Assembly (NCBI GenBank): GCA_963788195.1
Contig: CAWBGA010000017.1
Coordinates: forward strand, 288,001-352,000
Direction of reading: 5' to 3'
Source of the DNA: Nitrospirota bacterium
Lineage (GTDB): Bacteria; Nitrospirota; Nitrospiria; Nitrospirales; NS-4
Length of the DNA: 64,000 nucleotides
Part shown: positions 30,923-43,465 of the stretch, piece by piece
How positions within the stretch are numbered: the stretch's first letter is position 1
How the letters are laid out: each line of letters begins with the position of its first letter
Position numbers and translations under genes: made by a program
The notes under the pieces: generated by a model
Database searches by the model: none
Told to the model about the DNA's origin: nothing
What the model saw: only the letters and a program-made list of their open reading frames with translations

Positions 30923-31502
30923 TTACTTCGCAGTGACGCGAATGTCCAGCTCCTTGATCTTTTTGCGTAGCGTATTACGATTCAGCCCTAGAAGAGCCGC
31001 CGCTTTGATTTGATTGCCGCCGGTCTCTTCCAGCACCAGCGTAATGAGCGGTTTTTCCATCGCCTTCATTAAGAGCGAATGCAGATGAGACCCTGCCCCG
31101 AGCTTCATCCGGCGCACAAAGTCCCGAAGCTTCGCGCCCACATATTCATCAAAGCCCAATTCCTGCGGCAACTTTGTCGTCGTGTGCGGCACGGCGTGCC
31201 CGTTTGATCAGCGCCTTCACCGACTCGCTGGCCCGCCTTAGAAAGGGCGTGGATCCAACGAGTGTCATGAGCGGCGGAGGCCCGTGCATGTCCGCCACGG
31301 CTTTTACCTCATTCACCCAATCTTTTCGCGACTCCACAATAAGCGCGTCGAAACGATGTTTTCCCGGCTTCCGGCTCAAGGCGGCAGCGTCTTTGGCGAT
31401 GGTCACCACGCATTGCGGACATTCATGTCGATAAAGCTCGGCGAGATCGGGATCTGCGGTCAGTAACAGAACATGAACGGCGTTTCTGAGGGGCATACAC
31501 AC
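30923..31502 (-). CDS. Fis-type HTH regulator with degenerate receiver-like N-terminus (probably one gene, frameshift near 31190)
   Basis: [34 protein letters not shown]; upstream ORF 31149-31502 overlaps in another frame. Confidence 0.75.
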
Positions 31503-31611
31503 ACGCTCCGGAGGATTTCTTGCTGGAGGCGCGTAGTCATATCAATCCCACACGAGACATGTCAAGCGCCAGCATCGCGAGGTCCATCTTTATTTAGAGG
31601 TACATCATTTA

Positions 31612-34218
31612 TTATTTATTCTGCCCCACCGCGGTGTGTGAGTTGAATACCAACTGTCCGTCCTTTTCGTCTACCTCTACTGTTTGCCCGGGATGGACGG
31701 TGGCATCCAGCAGCTTGAAGGCGAGTGGATTTAAGATTTCTCGTTGAATAAGCCGCTTGAGCGGGCGCGCGCCGTAGACGGCATCGTATCCGGTCAAAGC
31801 CAGGTAGTTCTTGGCCTTGTCGGTGAGAACCAGGTTAATCTGGTGGCCTTCAAGCCGTTTCATTAGCTGCTTGACTTGCAACTCGACGATCTCCGCGAGC
31901 TCCGCGGGAGTCAGAGGACGGAAGACGACGATATCGTCAATCCGGTTTAGAAACTCGGGGCGAAAATGCTCCCGTAACACCTCCAAGGCAAGGTCCTGTA
32001 ATTGGGCAGCCTTTCCAACAGCGGCGGCTTGAATCTCACGGCTTCCGATATTCGACGTCATGATGATCACGGTGTTCTTGAAGTCCACCGTGCGTCCCTG
32101 GCCGTCCGTGAGGCGCCCGTCATCCAACACCTGCAGGAGAACGTTCAGGACATCCTGATGTGCCTTTTCAATTTCATCGAACAGCACGACCATATAGGGC
32201 CGGCGGCGAACTGCCTCACTTAGCTGGCCGCCCTCTTCATATCCTACGTACCCGGGCGGGGCTCCGACGAGCCGCGCTACCGTATGCTTCTCCATGTACT
32301 CAGACATATCGATGCGCACCATGGCCTGCTCATCGTCGAACAGGAACTCGGCAAGCGCACGGGCCAGCTCTGTCTTCCCGACGCCCGTCGGCCCCAAGAA
32401 AATAAATGAGCCCATAGGGCGTTTGGGATCTTGGATCCCGGCCCGCGACCGGCGCACAGCATTCGCGACCGCCACAACCGCCTCATCCTGTCCTACGATT
32501 CGTTGCCGGAGACGTTCCTCCATGTGCACGAGCTTGCTCGTCTCGGCTTCGATTAATCTGGTGACAGGGATGCCGGTCCATTTCGCTACAATACGGGCAA
32601 TATCTTCGTCATCGACCTCTTCCTTCAATAGCCGCTCGCCCGGAAGCTTTTGGAGGCGCGCCCTTTCCTCCTCGAGTTGCTTGGACAGCTCCGTCATCCG
32701 GCCATAGCGAAGTTCCGCAGCCCGCCCGAGATCGCCTTCCCGTTCCGCGCGGTCGGTCTCCTGCTTGGCAAGCTCCATTTTTTCCTTAATCTCGCGGATC
32801 TTCTTAATGGCCTCCTTTTCCGCCTCCCACTGCTTGGTCAAAGCATCCACCTCGGTGCGAAGCTCGGCAATTTCGCGTTCCACTTTCTGCAGCCGGTCCT
32901 GCGCACCCGTATCCTTGTCCCGCCGGATTCCTTCCCGCTCTATCTCCAATTGTCGGATGCGACGTAAACGCTCGTCCAAGGCACTCGGCATGCTGTCGAT
33001 CTCCATCCGAAGACCAGACGCCGCTTCATCCACAAGGTCGATGGCTTTGTCGGGCAGAAATCTGTCAGCGATGTAACGCTTCGAAAGAACCGCCGCCGCG
33101 ACCAGTGCGGAATCCTTGATTCTGACGCCATGATGAACTTCATAGCGTTCCCTCAAACCACGCAAAATCGACACGGTGTCCTCAACCGAGGGTTCGGGAA
33201 CCAGTACGGGTTGGAACCGTCGTTCGAGAGCCGCGTCTTTCTCAATGCGCTTGCGATACTCGTCCAGGGTCGTGGCGCCGACACACCTCAAGTCTCCACG
33301 CGCCAACGCCGGCTTCAGCATGTTCGACGCATCCATCGCACCCTCTGCGGCGCCGGCGCCCACGAGCGTATGAATCTCATCGATAAAAAGAATAATCTGG
33401 CCCTGCGCTTCTTCAACCTCCCGCAAAACGGCTTTCAGCCGGTCCTCGAACTCACCGCGGAACTTGCTGCCCGCCACCAAAGAGCCCATGTCCAATGCCA
33501 CGACGCGGCGGTTTTTTAATCCCTCCGGCACATCTCCATTGATGACACGTTGCGCGAGGCCCTCGGCGATGGCGGTCTTCCCGACCCCCGGTTCTCCGAT
33601 CAAGACAGGGTTATTCTTGGTCCGTCGCGAGAGCACCTGAATGACGCGACGAATCTCCTCATCGCGGCCTATGACAGGGTCGAGCTTGCCTTTGCGGGCA
33701 AGATCTGTAAGATCGCGACTGTATTTGGCGAGCGCCTGAAACTTCTCCTCCGGCTCCTGATCCGTCACCCGTTGACTTCCACGAATCGCGGTGAGGGCCG
33801 AGTAAATGCGATCCTTACTCACCCCGTGCCGCTTCAGAACCCCCGCGGCCGGCCCCCCTATATCCATGAGTGCAAGGAGCAGGTGCTCGGTGCTGATATA
33901 TTCGTCCTTCAGGCGCTCCGCCTCGGCTTCAGCCGCGTTGAAGACCTCATTCAGTCGGGATGAGATACTGACTTGCCCGGCTCCGGGGCCGGAAACCTGC
34001 GGAATGCGCTTGATTTCTTGCTCCAGCTCGCGCCCAATCGTCGCGGCATCGCTACCGAGCTTACTGAGCAACCCTGGCGTAAGGCCATCTCGTTGCCTCA
34101 CGAGCGCCAGCGCCAGATGTTCCACGTCGATCTGTTGATTGCGGGCGCTCTCTGCTACTTTTTGAGCATCGGCCAGAGCTTCCTGGGATTTCACGGTTAA
34201 TCGATCAAAGCGAATCAT
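31612..34218 (-). CDS. clpB: ATP-dependent chaperone ClpB
   Basis: Two AAA domains ([16 protein letters not shown]), coiled-coil middle domain, [12 protein letters not shown] 34218. Confidence 0.98.
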   Translation of the reverse strand: MIRFDRLTVKSQEALADAQKVAESARNQQIDVEHLALALVRQRDGLTPGLLSKLGSDAATIGRELEQEIKRIPQVSGPGAGQVSISSRLNEVFNAAEAEAERLKDEYISTEHLLLALMDIGGPAAGVLKRHGVSKDRIYSALTAIRGSQRVTDQEPEEKFQALAKYSRDLTDLARKGKLDPVIGRDEEIRRVIQVLSRRTKNNPVLIGEPGVGKTAIAEGLAQRVINGDVPEGLKNRRVVALDMGSLVAGSKFRGEFEDRLKAVLREVEEAQGQIILFIDEIHTLVGAGAAEGAMDASNMLKPALARGDLRCVGATTLDEYRKRIEKDAALERRFQPVLVPEPSVEDTVSILRGLRERYEVHHGVRIKDSALVAAAVLSKRYIADRFLPDKAIDLVDEAASGLRMEIDSMPSALDERLRRIRQLEIEREGIRRDKDTGAQDRLQKVEREIAELRTEVDALTKQWEAEKEAIKKIREIKEKMELAKQETDRAEREGDLGRAAELRYGRMTELSKQLEEERARLQKLPGERLLKEEVDDEDIARIVAKWTGIPVTRLIEAETSKLVHMEERLRQRIVGQDEAVVAVANAVRRSRAGIQDPKRPMGSFIFLGPTGVGKTELARALAEFLFDDEQAMVRIDMSEYMEKHTVARLVGAPPGYVGYEEGGQLSEAVRRRPYMVVLFDEIEKAHQDVLNVLLQVLDDGRLTDGQGRTVDFKNTVIIMTSNIGSREIQAAAVGKAAQLQDLALEVLREHFRPEFLNRIDDIVVFRPLTPAELAEIVELQVKQLMKRLEGHQINLVLTDKAKNYLALTGYDAVYGARPLKRLIQREILNPLAFKLLDATVHPGQTVEVDEKDGQLVFNSHTAVGQNK

Positions 34219-34314
34219 AACGACTTCCTCCAGGGTGTGCCCACCTGATCTTAACCATAAGATCCATCGGCCTGAGTTCAAGCTAATACAGGGATATATA
34301 AATAGATATTCTTC

Positions 34315-34362
34315 TTGACGAGAACATTTGATCACGCTAGAATGACCTAGCTTTCCTATAGG
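34315..34362 (+). promoter_or_regulatory. sigma70 promoter plus CymR/Rrf2-like operator of the cys operon
   Basis: TTGACG (34315)-N17-TAGAAT (34338), followed by CCTA-N9-TAGG (34346-34362) over the expected +1. Confidence 0.7.
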
Positions 34363-34377
34363 ATCAGTAGGGTATCG

Positions 34378-34839
34378 ATGTATCTATCTGCGAAGGGCGA
34401 ATACGGTATACTCGCGGCGCTCGACTTGGCTTTAGCGCGCGAGGCAGCGCCGGTCCAGGCGAAGGCCATCGCGGATCGGCAAGGAATACCAATTAAATTC
34501 TTGGAGCATATTCTTCGCTCGCTCAGAAATGCCGGCTTGGTTGAAAGTTCTCGGGGGACTCACGGAGGATACCGCTTGGCCAAGCCTGCGGAGGACATCC
34601 CGCTGGGGGACCTGATACAGGCGGTGGAGGGACCCATCGCCACTACGCCTCGAGTGCACGGAAACAGAAACGGTTCTAAAAGCAACCCGGCCGAGAATGG
34701 TCATGAGTCACTCATACATAGTGTGTGGGCGGAGGTGCAGACCTCGCTTCTTGAAACGCTGAACAAGACGACGCTCGCCGACCTGTGCCGGCGGACCCGA
34801 GACCTCGACGAGCGGCGGGTTCTGATGTATCACATCTAA
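34378..34839 (+). CDS. Rrf2-family regulator, CymR-like
   Basis: IA.RQGIP.KFLEHIL..L...GLV.S.RG..GGY.L; lacks the IscR Cys triad; C-terminus MYHI. Confidence 0.9.
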   Translation: MYLSAKGEYGILAALDLALAREAAPVQAKAIADRQGIPIKFLEHILRSLRNAGLVESSRGTHGGYRLAKPAEDIPLGDLIQAVEGPIATTPRVHGNRNGSKSNPAENGHESLIHSVWAEVQTSLLETLNKTTLADLCRRTRDLDERRVLMYHI

Positions 34840-34861
34840 CGCAACTGCTGAGGGGCGCGCC

Positions 34862-37298
34862 ATGCCGAGTCAAGCCATTTCCCAAACTGATACGGTCGCG
34901 ATTGCGGCCGACATTCTGAAAGAGATCGAATCATTTGAGGAGGAAGCGGCCAAGGTTCTCTCGGCTGAAGTCTCCTCCGATACCTTTCGGCCCTTTCGCC
35001 TGCAACATGGAATTTACGGTCAGCGCCAGCCAGGCGTGCAAATGGTGCGCATCAAGATTCCCTTCGGCGGCTTGAACTCCATGCAGATGCGAGCGATCGC
35101 GGATGTGGCGGAACGGTATGCCACCGGCGTGGGTCATGTGACCACCCGCCAGGACATTCAACTCCATTACGTGGCGCTCGAAAATGTCGGCACCATCATG
35201 CGAGGCCTTGCCGCAGTGGGGCTGACGACACGGGAGGCCTGCGGCAATACCGTGCGCAACGTAACGGCCTGCCACCTCGCCGGCGTGTGCCAGGATGAAA
35301 TCTTCGATGTCACCGCGTATGCCAAGGCGGTTTCCCAACACCTGCTTCGCAATCCCCTCAACCAAAGTCTGCCGCGGAAGTTCAAAATCGCGTTCTCAGG
35401 ATGCGGTCGTGATTGCGCGATGACTCCGATCCACGACCTGGGGTTCCTCGCTGTCAAACGGCCCACGGGAGAGATCGGCTTCCGGGTGACCGCCGGCGGC
35501 GGGCTGGGCTCCACTCCCCGGCTCGCGCAACTCCTGCACGAATTTGTGCCGATGGAAGATGTATTCCCGCTGTGCGACTCGGTGATCAAGGTCTTCGACA
35601 ATCTCGGGAATCGGAAGAACCGCAACAAGGCGCGGATGAAATTCGTCATCGATAAGCTGGGCTTTGCGGAGTTCAAGCGCCGGGTGGAGACTGAATATAC
35701 CGTGATCCGCAAGAACTATAACGGCGCAATGAGCCTGCCGGTCATCGCGGATCCCAACCCTCAGTTGATCCAACCGACCAAGACCCGCCGGACCTCCTGC
35801 TGAGGACGCTCACGCGACGCCGTTTCATATGTGGCGACGCACGAACGTCGTCCCTCAACGGCAGGCTGGCTTTTCCGCCGCTTTTATTCGTCTCCCGATG
35901 GGTGACATCCCGTCCCCGCAGATGCGGGAGGTCGCTGACATTATCGATGAGTTCGCCAACGGCAATATTCGAACGACCATTCAGCAAAATCTGTGCATCC
36001 GCTGGGTCGCGAACGACCGGATCGAGGACTTGTATCGCCGCCTGGTCGCAGCCAACCTCGGCGATCCGGGCGCCGAATTGGTCGAGGACATAATTGCCTG
36101 CCCCGGCACGGATACCTGCGGTTTGGGGATCACCTCGTCCAAAGGATTGGCCCGCGCGCTGGCGGAGATCTTTCCTCCCGGGCAAGTACCTGACGACCTA
36201 CGCGACGTCACGGTCAAGATCAGCGGCTGTCACAACTCGTGCGCGCAGCATCACATCTCCACCATCGGCTTGCACGGCGTCGGCAAGCGGTTGGGCGATC
36301 ACGTCGCACCGCACTATGAACTGCACCTCGGCGGCCGGATTGACGGTACGCCGAAGATCGGCCAGATGACGATCAAGCTTCCGGCAAAGAATGTGCCGAG
36401 CGCCATCTCGCACCTTTTGGACGTGTGGCGCCGCGACCGCCGCCAAGGCGAAAGCCTGCTGGATTTCATTGACCGGACAGGTAAGGCGAAGCTGAAAGAA
36501 GAATTAATTCCTTATAGCATTCTGCCTTCGTTCGACGCGGACCCTGCCTACTACTTTGATTGGGAAGGCGAGGAGGAGTTCATCCTGGAAGACCTGGGTC
36601 CCGGTGAATGCGCCGGCGGGGCTTTGGAAATGATCGAAAACCGGATCCTCGAAGCCGAGCAGGAGATGTACCAGGCGCGGCTCCTCGCAGGAAAAGAGCA
36701 ATACGCCACGGCGCTCAATAAAGCCTACCGCGCGGTGCTGGCTGCGGCAAAAGCGGTGCTGGTGCTGGAGGGGGTGGATCCGAACACCGACACCGAGACC
36801 CTCTCTGAGTTTGAGCGACGCTTCGGGGAGAAAGGCCGGATTGCCACGGTATACGCGAAACCGACATCCGGAATCGGAGACCTCGGCCCTAAGGATACGA
36901 CGGCAGCGTTCGCGCGGGAGAAGATGTCCTACGCCAAAGGTTTTATTGAGGCGTGCAAAGAACTCACAGAAGTAATGGGGAAGACACTCATGACGAAAGA
37001 CAGCCAAGAAACTGCGAAGAGCGTGGGACCGGCGCCTCTGCCGACGCCGGCGCCTGACGCTGCCCAAGCCAAGCCGGGAACGACGTTGGACCTGCGCGGC
37101 GTGATGTGCCCGATCAACTACGTGAAGACCAAGCTCAAGCTCGAAATGATGGACGATGGCGACATCCTCGAGGTCTGGCTGGATGCGGGCGAACCCATCC
37201 GGAATGTTCCCCAGTCGCTTCGCAATGACGGCCAGAAGGTGTTGGCTGAGGTCGCCGCTGAAAACTTCTTCAAAGTCACGGTCGAGAAGGTCGGATAA
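34862..37298 (+). CDS. sirohaem/4Fe-4S sulfite reductase fused to HEPN-like and TusA-like domains (frameshift near 35780)
   Basis: HGIYGQRQ, TTRQDIQ, LPRKFKIAFSGC, ACPGTDTC.LG, KISGCHNSCAQH; C-terminal LDLRGVMCPINYVKTK. Confidence 0.9.
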
Positions 37299-38002
37299 TG
37301 CCGCCTGCTCCGTCCATTGATCTCGCTCAGCTTCAGGAGCTGAACCAGACCCTGGAGAGCCAAACGCCCGAGGACATCTTACGTTCTGCGCTCACGGCTT
37401 ACTTTCCGAACATCGTGCTGGCGAGCAGCTTTGGCGCGGAGGATGTGGTGCTGATCGACATGATCCAGCGCATCAACCCACGGACTCCGATTTTGTACCT
37501 CGATACGGATTTTCTTTTTCAGGAGACCTATGCCACACGGGACGCTCTCATCAAGAAGTACGGGATCGCCCCGATTCAGATAAAGTCCCTTCTCACACCG
37601 GAGCAACAGGCGGCGAAGTTCGGCGACAAGCTGTGGGAACGGCAGCCGGACGAATGTTGTCGTCAGCGAAAGGTCGAGCCGTTGGCACGCGCTCTGAAAC
37701 CCTACCAAGCCTGGATCACAGGCATCCGTCGTGAACAGTCGGCCGCGCGGGCGAAGGCAAAAATCGTCGAATGGGACGCGACGTTCGCCCTGGTCAAATT
37801 CAATCCGCTGGCGCGTTGGACGAACGATCAGGTCTGGACCTACATCAAACGGCACGAGGTTCCGTACAATCCCCTGCACGATCAAGGCTATCCCAGCCTC
37901 GGGTGCACCTACTGCACGCGGGCCGTCCTACCCGGCGAAGATCCCAGAGGCGGCCGGTGGTCCGGCTTCGCGAAAACGGAGTGCGGGCTGCATCCGAAAT
38001 GA
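37298..38002 (+). CDS. cysH: adenylyl-sulfate (APS) reductase, CysH family
   Basis: [28 protein letters not shown] + CxxC Fe-S ligands present. Confidence 0.95.
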   Translation: MPPAPSIDLAQLQELNQTLESQTPEDILRSALTAYFPNIVLASSFGAEDVVLIDMIQRINPRTPILYLDTDFLFQETYATRDALIKKYGIAPIQIKSLLTPEQQAAKFGDKLWERQPDECCRQRKVEPLARALKPYQAWITGIRREQSAARAKAKIVEWDATFALVKFNPLARWTNDQVWTYIKRHEVPYNPLHDQGYPSLGCTYCTRAVLPGEDPRGGRWSGFAKTECGLHPK

Positions 38003-38799
38003 ATTCCCACCTGCGCAGTCTCGAAGATCAAAGTGTCTATATCTTTCGCGAGGCCTATAAGCACTTCGACAACCTCGCGATGCTATGGTCCATGGGCAAG
38101 GACTCGACCGTGCTGCTGTGGCTCGCACGAAAGGCCTTCTTCGGCCATGTGCCATTCCCGCTGATCCATATCGATACCAACTACAAAATTCCAGCCATGA
38201 TCGAATACCGCGATCGCTTCGTGCGCGAGTGGCGCCTGAACCTCGTCATCGGCCAAAACAAGGAAGCGTTGGCGAGTGGTATGAATCACACGCTGGGTCG
38301 CGTCACCTGTTGCACCGCCCTCAAGACGGACGGCCTTAAGAATCTGCTCGCTGAAAAGGGCTACACCGGCGTGATTCTCGGGGTGCGTGCGGATGAAGAA
38401 GGAACTCGCGCCAAGGAACGCTACTTCTCCCCGCGCGACAAGCACGGCGATTGGGACTTCCGCGAGCAGCCGCCCGAACTGTGGGACCAGTTCAAGACCA
38501 CCTTTCCCGAAGGCACGCACATTCGCATCCATCCCCTGCTGGATTGGACGGAAATCAATATTTGGGAATATATCAAGGCAGAGAACATCCCGATTATTGA
38601 TCTGTACTTCGACAAGGGAGAGGGCACACGCTACCGCAGTCTCGGCTGCGCTCCCTGCACCGCCCCGATCAAATCACACGCCAAGACAGTGGACGAGATT
38701 ATTGAGGAGCTCCGTCACACCACGGTCGCGGAGCGCGCCGGGCGGGCGCAGGATGAGGGGCGCGGCATGGAGCTGCTCCGCAAAGACGGCTACATGTAG
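37999..38799 (+). CDS. cysD: sulfate adenylyltransferase subunit 2
   Basis: [39 protein letters not shown] 37999 overlaps the cysH stop. Confidence 0.96.
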   Translation: MNSHLRSLEDQSVYIFREAYKHFDNLAMLWSMGKDSTVLLWLARKAFFGHVPFPLIHIDTNYKIPAMIEYRDRFVREWRLNLVIGQNKEALASGMNHTLGRVTCCTALKTDGLKNLLAEKGYTGVILGVRADEEGTRAKERYFSPRDKHGDWDFREQPPELWDQFKTTFPEGTHIRIHPLLDWTEINIWEYIKAENIPIIDLYFDKGEGTRYRSLGCAPCTAPIKSHAKTVDEIIEELRHTTVAERAGRAQDEGRGMELLRKDGYM

Positions 38800-38806
38800 T
38801 CGACAG

Positions 38807-40633
38807 ATGCCCACCGCGATTGACAGGCCTACCGACCATCTGAACATTGTCATTGTCGGGCATGTGGACCACGGCAAGTCCACCCTGTTGGGACGTCTCT
38901 TCGCCGATACCGGAACGTTGCCCGAGGGGAAGCTTGAGAAAGTCAGGGAGATTTGCCGGCGCCAGGGAAAGGACTTCGAGTATGCCTTCCTGTTCGACGC
39001 CTTCCTTGAAGAGCAGGAGCAGGGCATCACGATCGACTCCGCCCGCACCTTCTTCACCTGGAAGGACCGCCAGTACATTATCATCGACGCTCCGGGACAT
39101 AAGGAGTTCCTGAAGAACATGGTCTCCGGAGCGGCGCGCGCCGAAGCGGCGCTGCTCCTGATCGATGCGCAGGAAGGGGTCAAGGAGCAGTCCAAACGCC
39201 ACGGGCAATTGCTCTCTCTCCTAGGCGTCCGGCAGGTCGCGGTGGTCGTCAACAAGATGGACCTGGCCGGATATCGACAGGATGTCTTCGCACGCGATTG
39301 AAAGCGAGTACCGGGCCTTTCTCAAACAGCTCAAGGTGGAGCCGGAACGCTTCATTCCCGCCAGCGCAAAGCTCGGCGACAACATCGCCGACCGCAGCCG
39401 GCAGATGCCGTGGTATCGCGGTCCCACAGTTCTTGAGACGCTTGGTCTCTTTCGAAAGGCATTGGACGACGAGCGCCAGCCGCTCCGATTTCCCGTACAG
39501 GACGTCTACAAATTCGATGCGCGGCGCATTATTGCGGGGCGCGTCGCCTCCGGAAAGATCCGCGTCGGCGACCGCCTTATCTTCTCGCCATCCAATAAGT
39601 CCGCCATCGTGAAATCCATCGAGGCCTTCAACGTGGAACCGGTGCCGACGGAAGCTGCGAGGCGGCCAATCTACCGGTCTCACGCTGGATGAGCAGATTT
39701 TTATCGAGCGGGGGGAAATCGCATCTCATCCCGAGTCGGTGCCGCTCGAGTCCACCGCCTTGCGGTGTAACCTGTTTTGGCTCGGCAAGCGACCCTTGGA
39801 GATCGGCAAAAAATATCTGCTGCGCCTCGCCACACGGGAGGTCGAGTGCGAAATCGCCGTGATTCACCGGATTATTGACGCGGCCGATCTGGAAGCCCGC
39901 ACCCAGCAAACCACTGTGAATAAAAATGAGGTGGCCGAACTCACCATACGGACCAAGTATCCGATCGCCTTTGACGCCTACGCCGACTCGGCGGTGACCG
40001 GCCGATTCGTGATGGTTGACCAGTACGATCTCTCCGGCGGCGGCATCATCACCGAGGCCGTCCGAGATGAGCAGACCGTCCTTCGTGAGGAGGCGCGACG
40101 ACGCGACATCTCATGGATCAAAGGGGACGTCGGGCTCGACGAACGGGCGGCGCAATATGGACACCGGGCGGCACTCGTGTTGATTACCGGTGAAGCCCAG
40201 AGCGGCACGTCCTTTGTCGCGCGACGCGCGGAAGTCAGGCTCGTGGCGGATAGCCGGCACGCGTACCTTCTGGCGGCTGAGAATCTGCGCCGGGGCCTTG
40301 ACAACGATATTGGAGAGGAGGATGCCGGTGAAATGGTTCGCCGCTTCGGTGAGGTGGCTCGCCTGCTGCTCGACACCGGTTTGATTGTGGTGTCAACGAA
40401 TCCATTCGGCCGGAACGCGGTTGACGACCATCCGCACGCTGGTGCATCCCACGCCGGTCATTGCCGTGCACATGTCACATACTGAAGAGGACCCTCCGGT
40501 CCAAACGGATCTGGTCTTTTCGGGGCCAAAGGATTTTGATGCGATCGCAGACCGTATCCTTGAGGAATTAAAGCGCCGCGGCGTGCTGGCGGAAGTCATC
40601 GGGGCGCGACAGCAGTTCCACTACTCGATTTAA
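38807..40633 (+). CDS. cysN: sulfate adenylyltransferase subunit 1 with degenerate APS-kinase domain (frameshifts near 39293, 39660, 40420)
   Basis: [38 protein letters not shown]; CysC-like tail [24 protein letters not shown]. Confidence 0.9.
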
Positions 40634-40668
40634 GGTTCGACGCGCACAAGCAGACGACTGCCCGGGGC

Positions 40669-41737
40669 TTGAAGATGTCCAACACGATGCAAGATATCAT
40701 CGCCAAGGTCGGCAAAGGCGAGCGGGCCTCGAAAGACCTCACCTATCAGGAAGCGACTGCGGCAATGCGTTTGCTGCTGGAGAAGCAAGCCACTCCGGTT
40801 CAGGTGGGCGCGTTTCTGCTTGCCATGCGCATCAAATCTGAATCGGTCGCGGAACTAGCCGCGCTCGCCACGTCAGCGCGGGGATATGTCAAACCTGTGG
40901 CCATCCCCGATTCCCTCGGCGTGGTGGACATTCCGACATACGCGGGCAAACAGGACGGATGGCATGCGCTGTTGCCGGCCGCCATTATCGCCGCCGCTGC
41001 CGGGGCGCATCTGCTTCTGCACGGGTACGAGGGCGTCGCCGGGCGGCGCTCGACGGCTGCGCTGGCTTCTGCACTGAATATTCCCGTCGATTTGACACCA
41101 GATGATGTCGCCAATGAAGTCATGGAGAAGGGATTCGGTTACCTGGATATCGCGCTGTACCACCCTCCGGTCCACTGGTTCTTGGAAATGAGAAAGGAGC
41201 TCGGGGTCCGGACGTTCTTTCAGCCGGTCGCGCGCCTCCTGAATCCCGCACGCGCCCGTGTCTCGATCATTGGCATCTCCCACCCCCCCTACTTCGAAAA
41301 AATGCCCGAGGCCCTGCGCATGATGGGAATTCCCCGGGCGTTGGTGCTGCGAGGCACAGACGGGGAGCCGGAGCTTTCCCTCAGCTCTGTCACAAAGGCC
41401 ATTGAGATCCGGGATGACCACATTACGCCGCTGACGATCCACCCCAAGGATATGGGGATGACCATGGGGCGACTGGATTCCCCCGCTCCGAAAGATCTCG
41501 TCGAGGAGGCAGCCTTACTGAGGAAACTCCTGGCAAATCAGTTAAATGGCCCCGTGAAAGACTGGGTCATCATGAATGCCGCGGCAATTCTCTATACTCG
41601 CAGGCAAGGCCGCCTCACTGCGTGCCGCCGTCCCCTTGGCGTTAGAAGCCCTCGCCTCCGGCGCCGCCAAAGAGAAGTTAGCTGCGCTTTCGGGCAGACG
41701 CGCTTGGAAATTGACACACTTTCAAGCCGCATGTTAG
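40669..41737 (+). CDS. anthranilate phosphoribosyltransferase-like / YbiB-like protein (frameshift near 41598)
   Basis: Q.GAFLLAMRIK.ES..EL, R.ELGVRT, LNP, GISHPPY; corrected frame ends at TAG 41737. Confidence 0.8.
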
Positions 41738-41774
41738 CTTTGTCGATTCTCACAGGCCACGTGGAATCTGATTC

Positions 41775-42689
41775 ATGTCACAGGATCTAAGAGGCATTCT
41801 CGGTCGATTGAAATATACCGACGACGCGCACGTGGTCCAGCAGATCACCGAGCACATGAAGGCCGTAAAAAGCCGGATGGCACAGGTTCGGCGCAAGCTT
41901 GTCGTGATGAGCGGCAAAGGCGGCGTGGGGAAGAGCATGACCACCGTGAATCTTGCGCTGGCCTTCGCCCGCCAGGGAGATCGGGTTGGCGTACTGGATG
42001 TGGACCTGAACGGGCCGTGCGTGCCTAAAATGCTCGGCATGCGCGGCCGGCGTTTCGAGATCACGCCGGAGGGCGCAATGCCGCCCATAGGTCCCCTCGG
42101 AATCAAGGTCGGCTCCATGGACTTTTTTCTGGAGGAGTCGGCTCCGGTTCAGTGGAAGGGCCCCATGGATCTTAGTCCCGTCTGGCTCGGCCTCACGGAG
42201 ATGAACGTCATTCGGGAGTTCATTGCGGACATTGTCTGGGGCGAGCTGGACTATCTGCTGACCGATCTTCCGCCGGGCGCAGCAGCCGACAAACCCCCGG
42301 TGATTGCCGGCTTCATTCCCGAGCTTGACGGCGCCATCATGGTCACCACTCCTTCAGAGATGGCCTCGGACGTCGTGCAAAAGTCCATCGCCTACGCCCG
42401 TGATCTCGGCATCAAGGTCCTGGGGATGGTGGAGAACATGAGCCGGTACCGGTGTCCGCACTGCGGAATCGAAAGTGAGCTGTTCGAGGGCGATACCGAG
42501 ACGATGTGCCAGGCTCTGGACCTGCCGCTGCTTGGACGCATCCCTTTCGACCCTGCTCTTACACGGTCATTCGACAAGGGGCTGCCGCTGCTTGACGTCG
42601 ACAGTTCCACCGTCAAACGCTATGATGAGATTGTGACGCGCGTCAAAGCATTGCTCGACTACAAGAAGATCATGGCCCGCCAACTCTAA
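41775..42689 (+). CDS. Mrp/NBP35 (ApbC) Fe-S cluster carrier ATPase
   Basis: SGKGGVGKS, DVDLNGP, DLPPG, VENMS.Y.CPHC. Confidence 0.93.
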   Translation: MSQDLRGILGRLKYTDDAHVVQQITEHMKAVKSRMAQVRRKLVVMSGKGGVGKSMTTVNLALAFARQGDRVGVLDVDLNGPCVPKMLGMRGRRFEITPEGAMPPIGPLGIKVGSMDFFLEESAPVQWKGPMDLSPVWLGLTEMNVIREFIADIVWGELDYLLTDLPPGAAADKPPVIAGFIPELDGAIMVTTPSEMASDVVQKSIAYARDLGIKVLGMVENMSRYRCPHCGIESELFEGDTETMCQALDLPLLGRIPFDPALTRSFDKGLPLLDVDSSTVKRYDEIVTRVKALLDYKKIMARQL

Positions 42690-42711
42690 CGGACACTGAA
42701 GGAGTCCCGCG

Positions 42712-43433
42712 ATGAAGTTCGTCTGCATGAAGTGTGAAACCTACATGAACTTCGAAAAAGTCGAGAAGCCCGGTGAGGGCTCACTGGGCGTGTTCTTCGG
42801 CTGCCCGTCCTGCGGCGCTCGGTTTACGATGGTCACCAATCCCGGGGAGACCCAGATGGTCAGCTCGCTCGGTGTGCAGCTCGGGGGCAGGGCCGCTCCC
42901 GCTGAAGCCTTTGAAATGACCCGCGGCGGCTTCGCGCGGAAGGTGGCGGTCAGGCCGACATGGCGAACTACCTCACGGAGCACTACAGCGAAACGCCGGC
43001 GCCCACCGGCGGGGTGGAGCCTGAAAAGAAATCCGGCGGGTGTCCGTTCTCTGCCGTCGTGGCGCAGATGGGACTCGGGTCAAGCACTGAGACCCACGGT
43101 GAGAAGAGTGAGTTTGAATGGACACCGGACGCACTGGATCGTCTGGAGAAGACGCCATCCTTTGTCCGTCCCATGATCAAAGGCGGCATCGAGGCCTATG
43201 CCCGCAAGCAGGGCTACAAGAAGATTAACCTTCAGGTGATGGACGATTCCAAAAATGTACCGGCAGGCATCCCGTGGTCCCCTGCCGCCGAGAAGCGTCT
43301 GGAGAATATTCCCGATTTTATCCGCCCGATGGCGCGCAAAGAGATCGAACGCCTTGCCCAGGAGCGTGGGGTTGCGCAGATCACCGAAGCGATCATGGAG
43401 GAAGCAAAGACAAAGTTCGTCAACTTCATGTGA
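42712..43433 (+). CDS. CxxC..CxxC protein with two PCP_red-like domains (frameshift near 42935)
   Basis: CMKC...CPSC; WT.DA.DRLEK.P.FVR and WS.AAEKRLENIP.FIR repeats. Confidence 0.8.
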
Positions 43434-43465
43434 TCGCGACAGCCTTACTAAAGGGCTCTTGCAAA

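Noticed and set aside
36650..36980. HEPN-like domain as a toxin or defence RNase
   Set aside because: No Rx4-6H motif was seen, and the domain is embedded in a housekeeping sulfite reductase.
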